Origin: a virus
Direction: 5' to 3' (one strand)
Virus record (IMG/VR): IMGVR_UViG_3300027573_000023
Coordinates: 31,325 to 95,324 of that record
DNA length: 64,000 nucleotides
Shown: one piece after another, positions 58,759 through 64,000 of the stretch
How the letters are laid out: every line of letters begins with the position of its first letter
How positions within the stretch are numbered: the first letter of the stretch is position 1
Program-made: the position numbers and the translations under genes
Notes under the pieces: model-generated
Database searches by the model: none
Seen by the model: the letters and a program-made list of their open reading frames with translations, nothing else
Told to the model about the DNA's origin: nothing

Positions 58759-59900
58759 GTTTAGGAGATTGGCTGACTATTAATAGGGGTATGACATTCC
58801 CCAAGAATGCAGACATTCGCAAGATTAAAATCAAGGCAGCAGATATTCCTAAAGCAACAGCTCTTATAGAAAAAGAGAGACTTGCAGCTAAACTAAATCC
58901 AGATAGAACCATTTATCTGAAACAGATAATGTACTATCCTCTGACAGTAGAGGAATGTTTCTTGAATTCAGGAGAGAACATCTTCGATATTGAAGGAGCT
59001 AAGAGACAGAAATCCAGATTACAGGAAGCTGAACACAGTGGTACTCCAGTAATACTTCATGATGATGGAGATGGAGTTAAGCATTCCTTCACAGACAAAC
59101 AACCAATCACTAACTTCCCAGCTAAAAAAGATGACAACAAAGACGCACCTATTATTATATATGAATTTCCTATCGAAGATCCTCCATATGGACTCTATGT
59201 TGCTGGAGTCGATCCATATAGACAAGGGAAAGCTGCGTATAGTAGTTCCCTTGGAGTCGTTTACATCTACAAAAGGATGCACTCCATTAGTGGAGAGAAA
59301 TACCAGGATATGTTTGTGGCAAGTTATTGTGCAAGACCTGACAGAAAGGAGGTCTGGGAAGACCAGGCCAGACTCCTGATTAAGTTCTATAATGCCAGAG
59401 CCCTGTGTGAAAACGATGAAATTTCTTTCATAGATTATATGATAGCCAAAGGTGACAGTCATTACTTGGAACGCCAGCCTATATGGCTTCAGGAAATTGT
59501 ACCTAACACTACAGTTAAAAGAGATTTTGGTATTCATAGGTCAGCTGAGAAAATTAGATTATTTTTGCATGGATGCTTGAAGAAATACACTGAAGAAGTA
59601 CTCATTAGGCCAATTACTGATGAGGATGGTACACAGCCTGAATTGAAAGGAATGACTAAAATATTTGATCCTCTCCTCCTAGATGAGATGATTGCATATG
59701 ATGACGAAGGAAACTTCGATAGAATAATAGCAGCTGAACTAGCTATAGCTCTCGCTATGAAACTCGATCCAATGATGGGAGCCATAGGTGGTGATGGAGA
59801 TGTGAGAATAAGGGCTATGTATGATAAGGACAAACCTAAAAAGAAATTATTCACTGTAACAAAGAACATGTTTACAGCTAACAATAAATTATTCAAGTAA
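58755..59900 (+). CDS. terL: Terminase large subunit, C-terminal nuclease part (frame open from 58698)
   Basis: YP....E.F, YVAGVDPY, CEND, NFDRI.A. Confidence 0.9.
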   Translation: MSLGDWLTINRGMTFPKNADIRKIKIKAADIPKATALIEKERLAAKLNPDRTIYLKQIMYYPLTVEECFLNSGENIFDIEGAKRQKSRLQEAEHSGTPVILHDDGDGVKHSFTDKQPITNFPAKKDDNKDAPIIIYEFPIEDPPYGLYVAGVDPYRQGKAAYSSSLGVVYIYKRMHSISGEKYQDMFVASYCARPDRKEVWEDQARLLIKFYNARALCENDEISFIDYMIAKGDSHYLERQPIWLQEIVPNTTVKRDFGIHRSAEKIRLFLHGCLKKYTEEVLIRPITDEDGTQPELKGMTKIFDPLLLDEMIAYDDEGNFDRIIAAELAIALAMKLDPMMGAIGGDGDVRIRAMYDKDKPKKKLFTVTKNMFTANNKLFK

Positions 59901-59901
59901 A

Positions 59902-62499
59902 ATGGCAATAATCAGATACACCAAGGATGCTACCATCAGGTATGCCTACCTTAATATATTCCCTGATCAGTTCAAAACTGAGAAGGAGAAACAAGATGAG
60001 AGTTGGATCAAGAATACCATGGACTATTTTGCCAACAAAGCTTATGCAGAATATGTTAAGAATCGAGATACATTCGTAGGAAACTATGATTTAATGAAAG
60101 GATTACTCAGAATGGAAGATTTCTACCAGGAACCTGACGTGAAAAGTTTCACAGATTTACTTGAAAGGGATATGGAGTTACCTAAATATGTAAAGAACTA
60201 TTCCATTGTAACCACTCCTATTAATGAACTGGCAGGAGAACTTACTAAAAGACCTGACACATATAGAATAAAAGCCTTCGATGATGACAGTAAGGCAGAA
60301 GAACTACAATACAAAACCCAAATACTAACAGACTACATAATGCAGGAGGCCAGAAAAGGCATTCTTGAAAAAGCTGCTATGGAAGGAATAGAAATTCCTG
60401 ATGAGCAATTGGAAGAAATGACAATGCAGCAAGTACAGGAAGAACTCACAGATTATACCTCCATGGCAGAGAAATGGGCCAATCATATCCTTACGTGCAC
60501 AAAAGCAGATTTCAACTTAAAAGAAAAATCAGAGGATGCATTTCGAGACCTTATGATTTCCAATAGACAGTATTATCACATCTATGAGGATAATAGCAAA
60601 GTGGGATATAACATAGAGGTATCAAATCCAAAGAATACATGGTGGCTTTCTACTCCAGATTTAAAATGGACCAGTGATCCCTCAGGGCGTGCTCATGGTG
60701 CATATGCTGCAGGCACAGTCCAGGTCATGGAGCTATCTGAAATCATAGAAAGTATCCCAGATATCACTAAGGAAGAAATTGATCACCTGCGCTCTTCTCT
60801 CCAGGACTATGGACTCATAAACGTAAGAGAATCCAATTTAGGTAATCCCAATGCTGTTGAAGGCCAGGATAGTATAATGTATGATACATATGATCCCCTC
60901 GTTCTTCAAACCAGAATGTTGATTGAATCAGAAATGAAAGAGAACAATGATGGGCTAAGAGACTTCTTAGGACTAACATCAAACGTCTCTTCTTTTGGTT
61001 ATAAATATGTAGTGGTAAGAGGATACTGGATTGGAAAGAAAAAAATTGGTAAGTTAATATATATGGATGAGATGGATCAGCCACAATCTATATTAGTTGA
61101 TGAGCATTATAAATCTGGTACGCATCCTGCTCAGATTTCTTTAGAATGGGGATGGATCAATGAATGGATGCAGGGAACTAAAGTAGGGCCAGACATCTAT
61201 TTTGTTAAACCTTTCAAACTTTTAAATTATTGTCCTATCATAGGATTGGTACATGAGATTAAAAATACAGAGTCAAGATCCTTAGTGGACATGATGAAAC
61301 CTTTCCAGGTTATATATAATGTATGTATGAACCAACTTTTTGAATTACTAAATAAAGAGGTAGGTAAAGTGCAACTGATGTCATTACGACATATTCCTAT
61401 TCCTAAGGATGGAGATGCACAGGATGCATTAGACATCTGGGAAATGGAAGCGAGAAACAGGGGAGTAGTATTCGTGGATGACAGTCCAGAAAATTTAAAG
61501 GCTCCATCAAGTTTCAATCAATTCACAGCATTAGATCTTACCAGAACACAGGAGATGCAGACCAGGTATAATCTGGCTGTACAGATTAAGAATGAATGCT
61601 GGGAATTAGTGGGAATGTCCAAACAGAGAATGGGTAACGTTACAGCCTCAGAGAGCGCCACAGGAACTAATACAGCAGTTCAACAATCTTATTCGCAGAC
61701 AGAACCTCTGTTCGTAGCACACGAATATACACTAGGTCATTTATATCAGGCCATCATAGATGCTTCTCAATATATAGAATGTTCTAAACCAGAAAGCACA
61801 CTTTCTTATGTTACAGGAGAAGGAGAAGCTGCATTCATACAAGTTAATGGTAATGATTTGAAATTCAGAGACCTTAAAGTGTTTGCTACCAATAGACCTG
61901 AGGATACTCAAATGTTTAATGAGATTCGCCTTTTAGCACAATCTATTATCCAAAATGGTGGTAGTGTGTATGATATTATAGAATTGTACTCTACTAAATC
62001 AATGAGAGCTATGAAGAAAACCTTCAAAGATCTTAGAGATAAACAAGATGCTATGCAACAACAGCAAATGGCTACTCAACAGCAACAAGTTGAACAACAA
62101 GGTCAAATTGCTCAGGCTCAAATGCAGCAGGCTGCTCAGATGAAACAAATGGAGATGGAAAATCAAAACCATCAAAATGAACTTGATCGTATCAACAAAA
62201 AAGAGATTGCACTTTTACAAGCGCTTGGCAGAAACCCAGAAGCCACAGCAGACACAGATAAATCTGGAGTTGCTGATGCATTGGAAATGACTAATTTGGA
62301 GGCTGAAGAAAGAAGAGCTAACAAAGATCATGAGATTCAGATGACTGATATTCAATCTAAAACCAGTCTTGGTTTAAGTAAACTTGATGTTGACAGAGAA
62401 AAGCTACAGGTTGACAGAGAAAACATGGCAAATGATTTGCAGATAGCAAAAATAAATGCCAAGAACAAACCAAGTGGTGGTAACAAACCTAAAAAATAA
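59902..62499 (+). CDS. Portal protein
   Basis: 865 aa directly after terL, with a Gln-rich coiled-coil C-terminus, as in crAss-like portals. Confidence 0.85.
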   Translation: MAIIRYTKDATIRYAYLNIFPDQFKTEKEKQDESWIKNTMDYFANKAYAEYVKNRDTFVGNYDLMKGLLRMEDFYQEPDVKSFTDLLERDMELPKYVKNYSIVTTPINELAGELTKRPDTYRIKAFDDDSKAEELQYKTQILTDYIMQEARKGILEKAAMEGIEIPDEQLEEMTMQQVQEELTDYTSMAEKWANHILTCTKADFNLKEKSEDAFRDLMISNRQYYHIYEDNSKVGYNIEVSNPKNTWWLSTPDLKWTSDPSGRAHGAYAAGTVQVMELSEIIESIPDITKEEIDHLRSSLQDYGLINVRESNLGNPNAVEGQDSIMYDTYDPLVLQTRMLIESEMKENNDGLRDFLGLTSNVSSFGYKYVVVRGYWIGKKKIGKLIYMDEMDQPQSILVDEHYKSGTHPAQISLEWGWINEWMQGTKVGPDIYFVKPFKLLNYCPIIGLVHEIKNTESRSLVDMMKPFQVIYNVCMNQLFELLNKEVGKVQLMSLRHIPIPKDGDAQDALDIWEMEARNRGVVFVDDSPENLKAPSSFNQFTALDLTRTQEMQTRYNLAVQIKNECWELVGMSKQRMGNVTASESATGTNTAVQQSYSQTEPLFVAHEYTLGHLYQAIIDASQYIECSKPESTLSYVTGEGEAAFIQVNGNDLKFRDLKVFATNRPEDTQMFNEIRLLAQSIIQNGGSVYDIIELYSTKSMRAMKKTFKDLRDKQDAMQQQQMATQQQQVEQQGQIAQAQMQQAAQMKQMEMENQNHQNELDRINKKEIALLQALGRNPEATADTDKSGVADALEMTNLEAEERRANKDHEIQMTDIQSKTSLGLSKLDVDREKLQVDRENMANDLQIAKINAKNKPSGGNKPKK

Positions 62500-62631
62500 A
62501 TCAATTTAATTAGAGGTGAAAAATATTAATGCTATATTATCGTAAAAATTACACTAATTTGAACGATTATGCTTTGTTTCTATCAAACCTCTTCATAATT
62601 TTACTTAAGAAACCAATAATAAACTACATAT

Positions 62632-63858
62632 ATGGACCCAATTGAAAACAATAGCCAACCATTTGGTGACTTTGGAATAAAAGACACAATGGAAATGGGA
62701 CTAGGAAATGCTGAGTTATTAAGGGATTTACTAGGACCAGATACTGCAACAGAAAATCCTGATGACATAACTCCTATAATTAAGGATGCTAATGATCCTC
62801 CTCCTGCAGATCCTCCAAAACCAAAAGGTAAAGAGGTAGCTCCACCTAAAGATGGTGAAGCTCCTGAAGTTAAAAATACAATAGGTGATTTCTTAGGCAA
62901 TAATGCTGACGATGAAGAGGACGATTATACTCCACCTCCTACAAGAGACGAGGATATTCCACCAGCATCAAATCAGTTTTCTGCACTATCAAATGATTTA
63001 TTTAAATTAGGTGTCTTCAATAGAGAGGAAGACGAAGAAGACGTTGTTATTAACACTCCTGAAGATTTCTTGCAGAGATTCACTGAAGAGAAAAGAAGAG
63101 GAGCTATTGAAATGGTGAATACATTCATTGGACAGTTTGGAGAAGATTATCAGCAAGCTTTTGATGCCATATATGTGAAAGGGGTAGATCCTAGAGACTA
63201 CTTTACAGTTTATAATGAAGCTGTAAATTACGCAGAAATGGATTTAACTCTAGAGGAAAATCAAGAGGCAGTGATGAAAAGAGCATTAACTGACCAAGGT
63301 TTTGAAAGAGAAGACATAGATACAGAGATTGAAAGATTGAGAAACTATGGAGATCTTGAGGTTGTAGCCACAAGAAACCATAAAGTATTAGTTAAGAAAG
63401 ATGCAATCAAGATGCAGGAAATGGAGCAAAAAGCTCAGTATGAACTTGCACAGAAAGCGAACATCAGAAATCAATACATCACAAACGTTCAAACTGTTAT
63501 ACAAGAAAAACTAAAAGCAAAAGAATTCGATGGTATTCCAGTTAATCCAAAAATAGCTGGCGAAGTACAAGAGTTCTTATTAGTTGACAAGTATAAAACT
63601 GCATCAGGAGAATTGCTAACAGATTTTGACAAAGCGATTTTGGATTTAAAACGTCCTGAGAATCACGCAAACAAAGTTAAAATTGCTTTCCTCTTGAAAT
63701 TATTAGAGAAAGATCCAACTCTTTCTACAATACAAAAAGCAGGTGTAACTAAGAAAACTGATCAATTATTTAGTGAAGTTGCCAGACAAGTAAGCAAGGA
63801 TAAAACCCCTGCAGCAGAAAGGGCAGCCAATGCTAAACCAGGACAATGGTTCTTATAA
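62632..63858 (+). CDS. Acidic scaffold-like protein
   Basis: Acidic, Pro-rich N-terminus and helical C-terminus; lies between portal and MCP. Confidence 0.65.
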   Translation: MDPIENNSQPFGDFGIKDTMEMGLGNAELLRDLLGPDTATENPDDITPIIKDANDPPPADPPKPKGKEVAPPKDGEAPEVKNTIGDFLGNNADDEEDDYTPPPTRDEDIPPASNQFSALSNDLFKLGVFNREEDEEDVVINTPEDFLQRFTEEKRRGAIEMVNTFIGQFGEDYQQAFDAIYVKGVDPRDYFTVYNEAVNYAEMDLTLEENQEAVMKRALTDQGFEREDIDTEIERLRNYGDLEVVATRNHKVLVKKDAIKMQEMEQKAQYELAQKANIRNQYITNVQTVIQEKLKAKEFDGIPVNPKIAGEVQEFLLVDKYKTASGELLTDFDKAILDLKRPENHANKVKIAFLLKLLEKDPTLSTIQKAGVTKKTDQLFSEVARQVSKDKTPAAERAANAKPGQWFL

Positions 63859-63887
63859 CTTAGTAATAACAATAAAAAGACAATAAA

Positions 63888-64000
63888 ATGAGTATTCAAA
63901 CAATCCCAGGATTAGTTGGGTTTACCTACGCCAGGGTGGCGTCAATGGACAAGCGTGCTGTAGGTAAGTTAACAGACTCCAATCACTTGGAATCCTTCCA
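63888..64000 (+). CDS. Major capsid protein, 5' fragment
   Basis: MSIQTIPGL...GKLTDSNHLESF; position and TDxNHL motif fit a crAss-like MCP N-terminus. Confidence 0.65.
   Translation, partial: MSIQTIPGLVGFTYARVASMDKRAVGKLTDSNHLESF

Noticed and set aside
1-64000. Stop-codon reassignment as seen in some crAss-like phages
   Set aside because: Long genes are intact in the standard code, TAG and TGA end genes normally, and no suppressor tRNA was seen. The terL break is a frame change, not an in-frame stop.
1-64000. Prophage or integrated element
   Set aside because: No integrase, att site or host housekeeping flank is visible; RecA, PolA and PhoH lie in phage-style operons.

Overview
This is a 64-kb segment of a large, AT-rich, CpG-depleted tailed dsDNA phage genome with a crAss-like (Crassvirales-type) layout, read in the standard genetic code. 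The host is very likely a Bacteroidota (Flavobacterium-like), judged from TAnnTTTG promoter boxes, a T9SS C-terminal domain and signal peptides followed by Gln. There are three blocks. (1) 1-8.5 kb, + strand: the end of the virion module, with fibre-like proteins, a GT95/GT96-like glycosyltransferase among Thr-rich mucin-like proteins, a Dps-like ferritin, an endonuclease VII gene and a run of small Lys-rich proteins. (2) 8.57-55.7 kb, - strand: GT2, GT32 and methyltransferase genes, GroES, PhoH, a degenerate dUTPase, RecA, rIIA/rIIB, UDG, primase, SSB, helicases, family A DNA polymerase, SPFH, an outer-membrane barrel, a MoxR-vWA pair, a T9SS-secreted adhesin-like protein, one canonical tRNA, two aberrant tRNA-like genes and many small early genes. 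(3) 55.86-64 kb, + strand: the head module, with wHTH, HU/IHF, Zn-finger, a split terminase, portal, scaffold-like protein and the start of the major capsid protein. The best candidate for an undescribed system is phage-encoded mucin-type O-glycosylation of virion proteins. Other notable items are a phage-encoded T9SS cargo, a stepwise gene-insertion array marked by three copies of one gene's 3' end, and a CpG/TCGA-rich island at the divergent junction. All family assignments come from motif recognition by eye; no database searches were run.
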